Assembly (NCBI GenBank): GCA_963717935.1
Contig: CAVQXP010000004.1
Coordinates: forward strand, 1,728,001 to 1,792,000
DNA length: 64,000 nucleotides
Source: Candidatus Eiseniibacteriota bacterium
GTDB taxonomy: Bacteria; Eisenbacteria; RBG-16-71-46
Reading direction: 5' to 3'
Shown: piece by piece, positions 49,060-60,465 of the stretch
Layout: each line of letters begins with the position of its first letter
Numbering within the stretch: the stretch's first letter is position 1
Translations under genes and position numbers: made by a program
Notes under the pieces: model-generated
What the model was told of the DNA's origin: nothing
Databases searched by the model: none
Seen by the model: the letters and a program-made list of their open reading frames with translations, nothing else

Positions 49060-49665
49060 GTGAAGAAGAGACTCGCAGTCCCCGTTCTGTTGCTCGTGCT
49101 GTTCGCGCTGCTTCCCGCCGCCCCGGCCGCCGCAATCAACTGGGGCATCGGTGCCGATCTGGGCTACAACCTGTTCATGCCGGACTACGATGATGTCGAG
49201 AACATCACCGTCATCGGCCTGCCGCTCTGCCCGGGGGCGGGTGAGACGGCCACCATCCCGGTCATCGGCGGGCTACGCGTGAGCTTTACGGGCGAGAAGC
49301 CGACGCACGAGATCTGGCTCGGCACGTCAATCAACCGCTTCGGGGTCGAGGACTACTCGATCATGTCCATGCAGCTGAGCGGAAACTACCAGTTCAACTT
49401 CGCGACCCAGGGTGGCCTGGATCCGTACGTCACGGCCGGCGTGGGCCTGTACCGCGTGGGCTACAGCGCCGACGACGACAGCGAGAGCGCCATGTCCACC
49501 TACTTCGGTGGTGGCGTGGGCGTTGCCTACAAGATGGGCACGGGCCGGCTGCGGGCCGAGGCGCGCTACGATGTGGTCAGTGAAGGCGAGGTCGACAACG
49601 ACCCCGTCATCCCGAAGGGCGGGAACCTCGGGCTGAAGCTCGGCTTCGATCTCTGGAACAAGTAG
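49060..49665 (+). CDS. Small outer-membrane beta-barrel protein (8-strand OmpA-TM-like)
   Basis: AGGAG RBS; signal peptide; PYVTAGVGLY, FGGGVGVAY, LRAEARYD, LGLKLGFDLW. Confidence 0.88.
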   Translation: MKKRLAVPVLLLVLFALLPAAPAAAINWGIGADLGYNLFMPDYDDVENITVIGLPLCPGAGETATIPVIGGLRVSFTGEKPTHEIWLGTSINRFGVEDYSIMSMQLSGNYQFNFATQGGLDPYVTAGVGLYRVGYSADDDSESAMSTYFGGGVGVAYKMGTGRLRAEARYDVVSEGEVDNDPVIPKGGNLGLKLGFDLWNK

Positions 49666-49684
49666 GCAATCGCCGTACGAACAG

Positions 49685-49720
49685 GACTGCCCGGCCGCCT
49701 CACGGTGGCCGGGCAGTCTT
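49685..49720. terminator. Hairpin between convergent OMP and acyl-CoA dehydrogenase genes
   Basis: GACTGCCCGGCCGCC-TCAC-GGTGGCCGGGCAGTC then TT. Confidence 0.7.
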
Positions 49721-49749
49721 CGTCTGCGCGGGGGGCCTTCGGACGAAGT

Positions 49750-50938
49750 CTACCGGTAGGCCGCGATCCCCGTGATGTGCTCGCCCGAGCACCAGCGTGT
49801 GGATGTTGTGCGTGCCCTCGTAGGTCTTCACCGACTCGAGGTTGCACATGTGCCGGATGACCGGGTACTCGGCGGTGATGCCGTTCGCACCGAGCAGGTC
49901 GCGCGCCTCCCGCGCGATGTCGAGCGCGATCTCGCAGTTGTTGCGCTTGGCCAGCGAGATCTGGGCCGGCGTGACCTTCCCCTGGTCCTTGAGCCGTCCG
50001 AGCTGCAGGCACAGCAGCTGCGCCTTGGTGATCTCGGTGAGCATCACGGCGAGCTTCTCCTGCACCAGCTGGAACGAGCCGATCGGTTTGCCGAACATGA
50101 CGCGCGTCTTCGCGTACTCGGTCGCCTCGTGGAAGCAGGCCATGGCGGCGCCCACCACGCCCCAGGCGATGCCGTAACGGGCCTGCGAGAGGCAGGCCAG
50201 CGGTGACTTGAGGCCGCGGGCGCCCGGCAGGCGGTTCTCCTCGGGCACGAACACGTCCTCGAGGATCAGCTCGCTCGTGACCGAGGCGCGCAGCGAGTGC
50301 TTGTGCTTCTGCTCCGGCGCCGAGAAGCCCTTCGTGCCCTTCTCGACCAGGAAGCCATGGACCTCGTCGCGGTCCGTCTCCGGGTTCCGCAGCTTCGCCC
50401 AGACGATGGCCAGGTCGGCGACGGTGCCGCTGGTGATCCACATCTTGGCGCCGTTGAGCCGGTAGCCGCCGTCCGCGCGGACCGCCCGCGTGATCATGCC
50501 GCCGGGATCCGAGCCGTGGTCGGGCTCCGTGAGCCCGAAGCAGCCGATGACCTCGCCCCGGGCCATGCGCGGCAGCCAGCGGCGGCGCTGCTCGTCGGAG
50601 CCGAAGGCGAAGATCGGGTACATGCACAGCGCGCCCTGGACCGAGACGAACGAGCGCAGGCCGGAGTCGCCGCGCTCCAGTTCCTGCATCGCCAGGCCGT
50701 ACGCCGTGTACGAGACGCCCGCGCCGCCGTGCTCCTCCGGCAGCGTCGCGCCGAACAGGCCCATCGCGGCCAGTTCGGGGACGACCTCCATGGGGAAGTA
50801 CGCCTCTTCGTAGGCCTGCTCGACGATGGGCAGGTAACGGTCCTCGACCCAGCCGCGCACGTGGTCGCGGATCTGCCGTTCGTCCTCGGTGAGCAGCGGG
50901 TCGATCTCGTAGAAGTCCACGCCATTGAAGCGGGCCAT
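49750..50938 (-). CDS. gcdH: Acyl-CoA dehydrogenase, glutaryl-CoA dehydrogenase-like (frameshift near 49785)
   Basis: ELERGDSGLRSFVSVQ, GCFGLTEPDHGSDP, NGAKMWIT, SLRASVT, ARYGIAWG, NLESVKTYEGT; corrected end LGEHITGIAAYR. Confidence 0.88.
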
Positions 50939-51200
50939 GGGGTCACTCCTCTGGACGCGCGGCACCGTGTGGATGGGAGGCCAGAATATAGGGGAGCCCT
51001 CCGGCCCCCACAATCCGCCGGCGCCCGGCCGCCGCCGTGCGCCCGGCGCGGCCGCTCGGCACGCGGCCTCCGGCGCGCCGCCGCGAGCCGCGCGCCGCCT
51101 GCGCCGGATCGCTGGCCGGGCCCGTCCCATTGCGGCCGCGCCCGCCGCTCGCTACGCTGCCCGGCATGCCGCACGTCCCGCCCGCCCAGGAGAGCCCGCC

Positions 51201-52925
51201 ATGCCCCGTCTCCGCTGCCTGCCCCGCGCGCTCGTCGCGCTCGTCCTCCTCGTGAGCCTCGTCCATCCGGCCGGTGACGCCGCCGCCGAGCGCGGCGCGG
51301 CCAGCCGCTCGGTCGTCCACGCGCCGCCACGGCATGGTCTGCGCGGCCCAGCCGCTGGCGGTCCAGGCCGGGCGTGGAGGTGCTGCAGGCCGGCGGCAGC
51401 GCGGTGGACGCGGCCATCGCCGTCAACGCCTGCCTCGCGCTGATGGAGCCGACCTCGTGCGGGCTCGGGCGGCGATCTGTTCGCGATCGTCTGGGACCCG
51501 AAGGCCGGGCGGCTCGCGGGGCTCAACGCCTCGGGCCGCGCGCCGCTCGCGCTCACCATCGAGCAGGTGCCGCCCGAGCCGGACGGCACCATCCCGCTCT
51601 TCTCGCCCTACGCCTGGACCGTGCCCGGGCTGCGCGGACGGCTGGTTCGAGCTGCACGCGAAGTACGGCAAGCTGCCGATGCGCCGGGTGCTCGAGCGCG
51701 CGCCATCCACTACGCCGAGGAGGGCTTCCCGCTCTCGCCGGTCATCGCCTCCGACTGGGCGCGCGGGGCGGCGCGCTTCAAGGACAAGCCGGGCTTCGCC
51801 GAGGTGTTCATGCCCGGCGGCACGGGCGCCGCGCGAGGGCGAGACCTTCCGAACCCGGCGCTCGCGCGCGACCCTGCGCCTGCTGGCGCGAGAAGGGGCG
51901 CGACGCCTACTACCGCGGCCCGATCGCCGCGGCGCTGGTGCGCTACTCGCAGGCGCACGGCGGCTTCTTCGCGCCCGAGGACTTCGCGCGCCACCGCTCG
52001 ACCTGGGACGAGCCCATCTCGACCGACTACCGCGGCTGGACGGTCTGGGAGCTGCCGCCCAACGGCCAGGGGCTGGCGGCGCTGCAGCTGCTGAACCTGC
52101 TCGAGAACTTCGATCTCAAGGCGATGGGGCGCGAGTCGGCGGACTTCTGGCACGTCATGACCGAGGCGAAGAAGCTGGTCTTCGCCGACCGGGCCCGCTA
52201 CTACGCCGACCCGGCCTTCGCGAAGCGTGCCGGTCGCGGCGCTGCTCTCGAAGGAGTACGCGAAGCGGCGCGCGGCCCTCGTGGACATCGGGCGCGCCGC
52301 GCTCACCGACAGCGCGGGCGACCCGGTGGCGCTCAGCCGCCGGGAGACCACCTACCTGTGCACCGCGGACGAGAGCGGCATGATGGTCTCGCTCATCCAG
52401 AGCAACTACACCGGCTTCGGCTCGGGCTACGTGGTGCCCGAACTGGGCTTCGGCCTGCAGGACCGCGGCGGCTGCTTCTCGCTGCACCGGGGCCACCCCA
52501 ACGCGCTCGAGCCGGGCAAGCGGCCGTTCCAGACCATCATCCCGGCCTTCGTGACCCGGGACGGCAAGCCGCTGATGGCCTTCGGCCTGATGGGCGGCGA
52601 CATGCAGCCGCAGGGCCACGCGCAGGTCATCGTGAACCTCCTGGACTTCGGCATGAATCTGCAGGAGGCCGGTGACGCCATCCGCTTCCACCACACCGGC
52701 TCGAGCGAGCCGACCGGCACGGTGATGACCGACGGCGGCGTGCTGCACATCGAGGACGGCCTGCCGCAGGGCGTGCTCGAGGAGCTGCAGCGCCGCGGCC
52801 ACGTGCTCGAGCCCGAGCCGGTCGGGGCCTACGGCGGCTACCAGGCGATCTGGCGGGACCCGGCGACGGGCCTCTACGCCGGCGCGACGGAGAAGCGAAA
52901 GGACGGGTGTGCGCAGGGCTACTGA
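51201..52925 (+). CDS. ggt: Gamma-glutamyltransferase with signal peptide (many frameshifts)
   Basis: [46 protein letters not shown] (nucleophile Thr), [32 protein letters not shown]. Confidence 0.9.
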
Positions 52926-55051
52926 GAAGCCACCCGCGGTCGAAGGACCGCGGCACCACGGTCTGAGTGCCGAGGACCTGGTCGCCTTCTACCGCACGAT
53001 GGTCACCTCGCGGCGGCTGGACGACGAGGAGATCCGCCTCAAGAAGCTCAACCTGACGTACTTCCAGATCTCGGGGGCGGGGCACGAGGCGGTGCTGGTC
53101 GCGGCGGGGGGCCTGCTGCGGCCCGGTCACGACTGGTTCTACCCCTACTACCGGGACCGCGCGCTCTGCCTCGCGCTCGGCATGACCCCGCGCGAGATGC
53201 TGCTCTCGGCGGTCGCCTCGGCCGAGGACCCCAATTCGGGCGGCCGGCAGATGCCCAGCCACTGGGGCCACAAGGGACTCAACATCGTCTCCCAGAGCAG
53301 TCCCACGGGCACGCAGTTCCTGCAGGCGGTGGGCGCCGCCGAGGCGCTGGTCAAGTACCGCGCCCTGGAGGACGAGCACCCGTCGCTGCGGGGCCGGGTG
53401 CGGGGCGACGAGGTGGTCTTCGTCAGCTCGGGGGAGGGGACGACCAGCCAGGGGGAGTTCTGGGAGGCCCTGAACTCGGCCTGCAACCTGCGGCTCCCGG
53501 TGCTGTTCCTCATCGAGGACAACGGCTACGCCATCTCGGTGCCGGCGGACGTGCAGACCGCGGGCGGCGACGTGGCACCGCTGGTGCGCGGCTTCCCGAA
53601 CCTCTACTGGGCCGGCGCGCTGGACGGCAGCGACCCGGTCGCCTCCTACGGCGTGCTGGCCGAGGCCATCCGCCACTGCCGCGAACGCAGGGGCCCGGCC
53701 TTCGTGCGGGCGCTCGTGACCCGTCCCTACTCGCACTCGATGTCGGACGACGAGAGCAAGTACAAGTCGGCGGCGGTGCGCGAAGCCGAGGCGCAGCGAG
53801 ACTGCCTTCCCCGCTTCGCGCGCTTCCTCCAGCAGGAGGGCATCCTCGACCCGGCGGGGCTCGAGCGCCTGCACGCCGAGGTGCAGGCCGGGATCGCGGC
53901 GGCGAGCGATGCGGCGCGCGCGAGCGCCCAGCCGGACCCGGAGACCGCGTCGCTCTACGTCTACTCGCCCGAGGTGGACCCGACCGCCGATCGGTTCGCT
54001 GGCCGAGCCGCGGCCGCTCCAGCCGGAGAGGGCCGAGACGCTGCTGCAGAGCATCAACTACTGCCTGCGCGACGAGATGCGGCGCGACCCGCGCATCCTG
54101 CTGTTCGGCGAGGACGTGGCGGACTCCTCGCACGAGGAGCTGCTCACGCAGATGAAGGGCAAGGGCGGCGTGTTCGGCGTCACCTGGGGCCTGCAGAAGC
54201 TGTTCGGCAAGGAACGCGTGTACAACTCGCCGCTCGCGGAGGCCAGCATCGTCGGGCGGGCCATCGGGCTCGCGACGCTGGGACTGCGGCCGGTGGTCGA
54301 GATCCAGTTCTTCGACTACATCTGGCCCGCCATGATGCAGCTGCGCGACGAGCTCTCCATGTTGCGCTGGCGCTCGAACAACGCCTTTGCGGCGCCGGTC
54401 ATCGTGCGCGCCGCCTATGGCGGTTACCTGCAGGGCGGCGCGCCCTACCACAGCCAGTGCGGCGAGAGCATCTTCGCCCACTGTCCCGGGCTGCGGGTCG
54501 TGATCCCGAGCGTGGCGAGCGATGCGGCCGGGCTGCTTCGCACGGCGCTTCGCAGCGAGGACCCGGTGCTGTTCCTCGAGCACAAGCACCTCTACCGGCA
54601 GCCCTACGCCAAGGAACCCTACCCCGGACCCGACTACACCGTGCCGTTCGGGCGCGCGCGCCTGGTGCGCCCGGGCTCGCACGTGACCATCGTGACCTGG
54701 GGCGCGGTGGTCCAGCGCACGGCGCTCGCTGCGCGGGAGGCGGCCGAACAGGGGATCGAGGCCGAGATCCTCGACCTGCGCACCATCCAGCCCTTCGACT
54801 TCGACGCGGTGGCGCGCTCGGTGGCGAGGACCGGGCGCCTGATCGTGGCGCACGAGGATACGCTCACCTGCGGCTTCGGCGCGGAGGTCGCCGCGCGCGT
54901 CGCGGGCGAATGCTTCGCGGACCTCGACGCCCCCGTGCGCCGCGTCGCGGCGCTGGACACGCCGGTGGGCTACGCGCCCAGGCTCGAGGACCGCATCCTG
55001 CCGCAGAAGGACGACGTGCTCCGGGCGATCCGGGAGATCGTGGCGTACTGA
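52909..55051 (+). CDS. 2-oxoacid dehydrogenase E1 alpha/beta fusion (frameshift near 54000)
   Basis: [23 protein letters not shown]...EDN (TPP motif), HSMSDD; beta half FGEDV, GGVF, NSPLAE, EIQFFDY, YHSQ, FLEHK, DLRT. Confidence 0.9.
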
Positions 55052-55070
55052 GCGGGACGCCCGCGGCCGG

Positions 55071-57499
55071 TCAGCGCCGCGGGGCCGCCGGCCGGAGCGT
55101 CAGCGCGCTCTCCTTCGCGGCTTCGATGCGCCCCCACGAGAGGTAGAGCGGCACGTCGCCGTGCTGCGCCCAGCGCCCGAGCAGGTCGCGCGCGTGCGGG
55201 CTGCGCGGGTCGCCGGAGTTGCCCGGTGGCAGCGCGACGAAGGAAGAGTCCGGGACCGCGAGGTCCACGACGTGCCGCAGCACGGGCCCGTGCGTCACCC
55301 ACCGGTTCCAGGGCAGGCGCGAGCCGCCCACGCTCGGCGTGCCGGCGTCGCCATCGACGGGAGCGGGCGGCGGCTCCCACCCGTCGACCTTCAGGTCGCG
55401 GCCCAGGTCGTGGCGGAAGCGCGCCTGGTGCGCGAGCCCGTAACGCCAGCGGGCGAGGTCCGGGCCCAGCAGCTTCTCGAGTTCCGCCAGCCCGAGGCGC
55501 AGCGCCGCCACCGCGGCCACGGCCGGGCGCTCGGGCCTGCCCGTCGCCGGGTCGTTCAGCGCCTCGGGCGCACGGCCCTGCAGCGCGCTCCAGGCCAGCC
55601 CGGGCAGCCCCTCGAGCTTCGAGCGTCGCAGGTAGGCGCCGTACCAGCCCCGCCACAGGGTGGGGGCGACGCGCGCGCGGCGCGCGGAGAAGTCCCAGCG
55701 GCGCAGCGTGTCGACCGCGGCGCGCATGCGCGCGTCCAGGGAGTCGGGCAGCGAGTCGGCGCAGGCGAGCAGCAGCGGCACGGTGCGGCGCGCGAGGCGC
55801 GAGACCACGTCGTTCTGCACGCTGCGCAGGTCGGCAGCGGTGACGCGCCGCGCCCCCTCGAGGCGCTCCGCGATGCGCAGCGAGCGGTCCTGCGGCCAGT
55901 CGTATCCGGAGGGGCAGAGCGGGGAGGCCGGGTCCAGCGGCGCGTTGTTGGCGTTCACCACGTAACCGTCGGACGGCACGTCCCAGGCGGGCATGTCTGC
56001 GGCCGGGATGACCCCGTGCCGATCCCAGCGGCCGTTGCCGGGCAGTGCGCCGCGCGGGGAATCAGCGCTGCGCCGGGGCACGCGCCCGACGGTCTGGTAG
56101 CGTACGTGGCCGTCGAGGTCCGCGGCCACCACGTTGAGCGTGGGCGTGGTGAGGCCGCGGAAGGCGGCGCACAACTCGGCGGCCGAGCCGGAGCGCTCGA
56201 GCCCCAGCAGTGCGCCGAGGTCCAGCGCGTCGGTCGCACCCGCCCAGTGCGCGCTGAGGGCCACATGGGCCTTGCGGTCGATGGCGATCACCGGGCCGTG
56301 GGGGGTGTAGCGGCGGACCTGGCCGACCAGCCCCACCGGGAGCGGCACGCCGAGGATGCGGTAGCGCAGGTCGTAGGGCTTCTCCGTCATCCGCTGCCAG
56401 CGGCCCCGCCAGCGCACCGACCTTCCGTCCGCGGAGAGGCTGTCGGCGAAGAGGTCGGTGACCGTGCCGTTGAGCGCGGTGACGCCCCAGGCGCAGCGCG
56501 CGTTGCGTCCGCTCACGATGGCTGGCAGTCCGGGCACGCACGCGCCGGCCGCGTCCACCACGCCCGGCACGGTGACGTGAACCAGGTGCATGGAGTTCGG
56601 GGCCACCAGTGGCAGGTGCAGGTCGTTGGCAAGCAGCGGGCGACCGCCCGCGCCGCGGCGTGGACCGACGGCGAAGACATTGCTCGCGCGCAGGTCGAGG
56701 TCGCGTTCCGGGCCGCAGCGCTCCGGGCCCAGCGCGCGGATTGCGGCGCCACCAGGCGCGGGGGAAGCGCTGCCCCCGCAGCACGGGGATCCGCCGTGCC
56801 GCCCGCGCCGGAGGCCTGCTCCAGCGTGACCGCCCGAGGGATGGTCGTGTAGTCCCAGCTCCTCTCGAACCGCACGCGGCGCTCGTAGCCCGCGACGCCC
56901 CGCTCGCCGATCTCGCGGCGCTCGTCGAACTGCGGGAAGGCCAGATCCAGCAGTGAGCCCATGGCGAGCAGCATCGCGGGTGCGTCGGCCGGAGCCCAGT
57001 CGTCGGGGCGCCACCGCAGGCGCTCGATCTCGACCGGCCAGGGGACCGTGCCGCGGCGACAGAGCGCGAGCCAGGCGTTCACGCCGGCGCTGTAGCGCTC
57101 GAGCGGCACGGCGGCCGCCGGATCGCGGCGCGCGCGGGCCCAGATGCGGTCGGCGAGCCCGTCCAGCTCGAAGAGCTGCGCGCCGCCGTCCGCCTGCAGC
57201 GTGCGGTTCCCGGACCACTGCCAGAGGCGGCCGCGCACGGCCTGACGCATGGCCAGCATCTGCCAGAGCCGGTCGCGAGCGCTCACGAACCCCCAGGCGA
57301 AGTAGAGGTCACGCTCGTTCGTGGCGCGGATGTGCGGTACGCCCCAGCGGTCGGTGAGGACGAGCACGGGCTGTTCGAGCCCGGGAAGCACAAGCGCTGA
57401 ATCGGCGGGCCTGGCGGGCGGGCCGGCCGCCGGCCGCGGCGCGGATGGCAGGAGCAGGAGGGAGGCGATCGCGCAGGCGAGCAACAGGCGGGTCAGCAT
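55071..57499 (-). CDS. Penicillin acylase family (S45, Ntn hydrolase); frameshift(s) near 56730-56800
   Basis: Signal peptide; [58 protein letters not shown]. Confidence 0.9.
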
Positions 57500-57574
57500 G
57501 CGGGGCAGATTGCCACGGCCGGCCCTGTGGCGTCGAGGGCGAACTGCTGTGCTAGGCTCGCGCTGGAGGCTGCC

Positions 57575-58501
57575 ATGGAGCCACGCTGCGCGATCGGTCT
57601 CGACCTGGGGGGCACGGACCTCAAGGCCGGCCTGGTGTCGAGCCGGGGAGAGTTGACCCACTTCCTGCGTCGGCCCGCGCGCGCCCGCGAGAGCGCGGAC
57701 GCCCCGCTCGAAGTGATCGCGCAGGCCGTGACCGACCTGCGCCGCGCCGCTGCAGGCCCGGTCGCCGGGATCGGACTCGGCTGCCCCGGCGTGATCGACG
57801 CGGAGAGCGGGGCCCTGGTGGGACGCACGCCGCACCTGCCCCACTGGGACTCGCTGCCGCTGCGCGCGCTGCTGCTGGAGCGCCTGGGCGCGAGCCTCGT
57901 GGTCGAGAACGACGCCAACCTGGCCGCCCTGGCGGAGCACCGGGTCGGTGCCGCACGGGGCGCACGGGTCTCGCTCACGGTCACGGTCGGCACGGGGATC
58001 GGCTGCGGCGTGATCGTGGACGGGCGCGTCCTGCGCGGGGCGCACGGGGGCGCGGGCGAACTCGGACATCTGCCCCTGGACGGGCGCTACCCGTGCGGCT
58101 GCGGGGTGCCCGGCTGCGTGGAGCCCGAATGCTCGGGCGGCGGGCTCGTGGCGCGGGCGACGGAGGCGGGGCTGGTGGTGCCGGACGCGGCGGCCGTCTT
58201 CGCCGCATCCGCCGCGGGTGATCCGCGCGCGAGCCGCCTGATCGAGCGCATGACCGACCGGCTCGGCGCCCTGATCGCGGCGGCCGTGCAACTGCTCGAC
58301 CCGGAGGTCGTCGTCATCGGGGGCGGGGTCTCCAACGCGGGCGAGACGCTCCTGGTGCCACTGCGCGCGGCCGTGATGCGCTACGCGCTGGAGTCGCACG
58401 GCCGCGGGGTGCGGATCGTGCGCGCGGCGCTGGGCGAGCGCGCGGGCGTGGTGGGCGCGGGGCTGGCGGCCCGGGAGGCCGCCGGGAACGGCGCCCCCTA
58501 G
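57575..58501 (+). CDS. ROK family sugar kinase (glucokinase-like)
   Basis: DLGGT, GLGCPG, ENDANLAALAE, GTGIGCG, AGELGH, CGCG..GCVE, IGGGV, AGVVGA. Confidence 0.92.
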   Translation: MEPRCAIGLDLGGTDLKAGLVSSRGELTHFLRRPARARESADAPLEVIAQAVTDLRRAAAGPVAGIGLGCPGVIDAESGALVGRTPHLPHWDSLPLRALLLERLGASLVVENDANLAALAEHRVGAARGARVSLTVTVGTGIGCGVIVDGRVLRGAHGGAGELGHLPLDGRYPCGCGVPGCVEPECSGGGLVARATEAGLVVPDAAAVFAASAAGDPRASRLIERMTDRLGALIAAAVQLLDPEVVVIGGGVSNAGETLLVPLRAAVMRYALESHGRGVRIVRAALGERAGVVGAGLAAREAAGNGAP

Positions 58502-59794
58502 GCCGGGGTCCCCGAGAGCGTGATGGGCGTCGCGGCGGTCACCCGCAGGCGCCGCAACGTGCCCGCGGAGGTGCCGTCGTTCGGCAGGAAGATGGCCTTG
58601 AACTGGGCGGTGCGGGCGTAGAGCTGGCCGGGGTCGCGGCGCGCCGGGCCCTCGACCAGCGCCTCGACCTCGCGCCCGACCCAGCCGTCGTTCAGGGCGC
58701 CCGAGATGGCGTGCTGCAGCTCGATCAGCAGCGCGAGCCGGCGGCTCTTCTCCTCCTCGGGCACGGTCTCCGCGGTGCCGAAGGCGCGCGTGTCGGGCCG
58801 CGCGGAGTACTTGAAGAGGAAGGCGCTGTCGAAGCGCGTCGAGCGCAGGTAATCCACGGTCCGCTGGAAGTCCTCGAGCGTCTCGCCCGGGAAACCGACG
58901 ATGATGTCCGTCGAGAGGGCGAGGGCGGGGACCGCGGCGCGCAGGCGCGCGACCACGTCCTGGTACTGCGCCAGCGTGTAGCCGCGGCCCATCGCCTCGA
59001 GGACGGGATCCGAGGCCGACTGGAGCGGCAGGTGGACGTGGGGGCAGAGCGGACCGCCTTCGGCCATGACCTCGATGAGCCGCGCGTCCAGGTGGGCGGG
59101 GTGGGGCGAGATGTAACGCAGGCGCAGCAGGCCCTCGGTCGCGCGCGCGGCCCGCAGCAGATCGGCGAAGTCGTGCTGGCCGTCGTGCCAGGAGTTCACC
59201 GTCTGCCCGAGCAGGACGACCTCGCGGGCGCCTTCCGCGACGGACCGGCGTACCTCGCGCAGCACGTCGGCGAGTGGCAGGCTGCGTTCGCGCCCGCGCG
59301 TGTAGGGCACGACGCAGTAGGTGCAGAACTTGTCGCAGCCGCGCTGCACCGTCACCCAGGCGCGCACCCCGGGCTCGCGGCGGGGCTCGAGGTCGCCGTA
59401 GGTCTCGTCGGGGTCGAGACGCACCGCCGCCACCGGTTCGCGCGCCGCGCGCTCGATCAGCCCGGGCAGGTCGCGATACGCGTCGGGCCCCACCACGAGG
59501 TCGAGCGAGCGTGCGTGATCGAGCAGGCGGCCCCGCAGGTGCTGGGCCATGCAGCCGGTGACCCCGACGAGCAGATCGGGGCGGCGGGCCTTGAACCGGG
59601 CCAGTTCCGTGATCCGCCCCAGGACGCGCTGCTCGGCGTGCGCCCGGACGGCGCAGGTGTTGAGGAGGAGCACATCGGCGTCCTCGGGCCGGGTGACGAT
59701 GCTCGAGCCCCGCGCGCGCGAGCACGCCGGCGATGAGTTCGCTGTCGGCCTCGTTCATCTGGCAGCCGTAGGTCTCGAGATAGACGCGCTTCAT
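58498..59794 (-). CDS. miaB: tRNA methylthiotransferase MiaB (frameshift near 59700)
   Basis: TYGCQMNEADSE, NTCAVR, GCMAQ, GCDKFCTYCVVPYTRG, LLGQTVN, HLPLQS, TDIIVGFPGET, TRAM-like end. Confidence 0.94.
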
Positions 59795-60021
59795 GAGGCC
59801 GGGGACGATAGCACGCGCGACTCCAGGGCGCGCAGCATCCGGGCCGGTGGACGTCCGCCGGCCCGGCCCTCGGTCTCCGTCGGCCCGGTCGCCGGGACGG
59901 GCCGCAGGGTGGTGCCGGGTACGGTCGTGCGCTGCGTGCAAAGGGGCTCGAGCCGCAAGTGGCGAAGGGACTTGACCCCGCCACAGGCGGCCTTCAGACT
60001 GCCCGGGCACGAGGAGGAGCC

Positions 60022-60414
60022 ATGCCCATCCGACCCAGGCGCACGCTCGACACGTTCCCGAACCCGAGCCCGGACCGGGACTACGTCATCCGGCACGAGT
60101 GCCCCGAGTACACGGCCCTGTGCCCCGTGACGGGGCAGCCGGACTTCGGCACCATCGTGATCGTCTACACGCCCGACCGGCTCTGCGTCGAGCTCAAGTC
60201 GCTCAAGCTCTACCTCTGGTCGTTCCACGACGAGGGCCACTACTTCGAGCAGGTGACGAACCTCATCCTCGACGACCTGGTGCGCGCGCTGCGTCCCCGG
60301 AAGCTCACCGTGATCGGGAAGTTCAACGTGCGCGGCGGCATCTGGAGCACCGTGGTGGCCCGCCACGAGGCGCCGCCCACTCGCCGCCGCAACGTTCGGC
60401 GCGCCAGGCCGTAG
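60022..60414 (+). CDS. queF: NADPH-dependent preQ0 reductase QueF (unimodular)
   Basis: [42 protein letters not shown]. Confidence 0.93.
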   Translation: MPIRPRRTLDTFPNPSPDRDYVIRHECPEYTALCPVTGQPDFGTIVIVYTPDRLCVELKSLKLYLWSFHDEGHYFEQVTNLILDDLVRALRPRKLTVIGKFNVRGGIWSTVVARHEAPPTRRRNVRRARP

Positions 60415-60465
60415 TACGGAGGTAGCCCCTCTCCGGTGGCCACGGCCGCCGGGCACTGGAGTCCG

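Noticed and set aside
51201..52925. Programmed frameshifting or pseudogene status for ggt and other broken genes
   Set aside because: No slippery heptamers noticed at the breaks; only the IS3 A6G site is a credible programmed shift.
56513..60010. 1165-aa giant ORF
   Set aside because: Chimera of the miaB N-terminus, off-frame sequence, antisense ROK and the acylase N-terminus.
59800..60021. preQ1 riboswitch before queF
   Set aside because: No preQ1-like stem with A-rich tail; a probable promoter (TTGACC-17-CAGACT) leaves only about 20 nt of leader.
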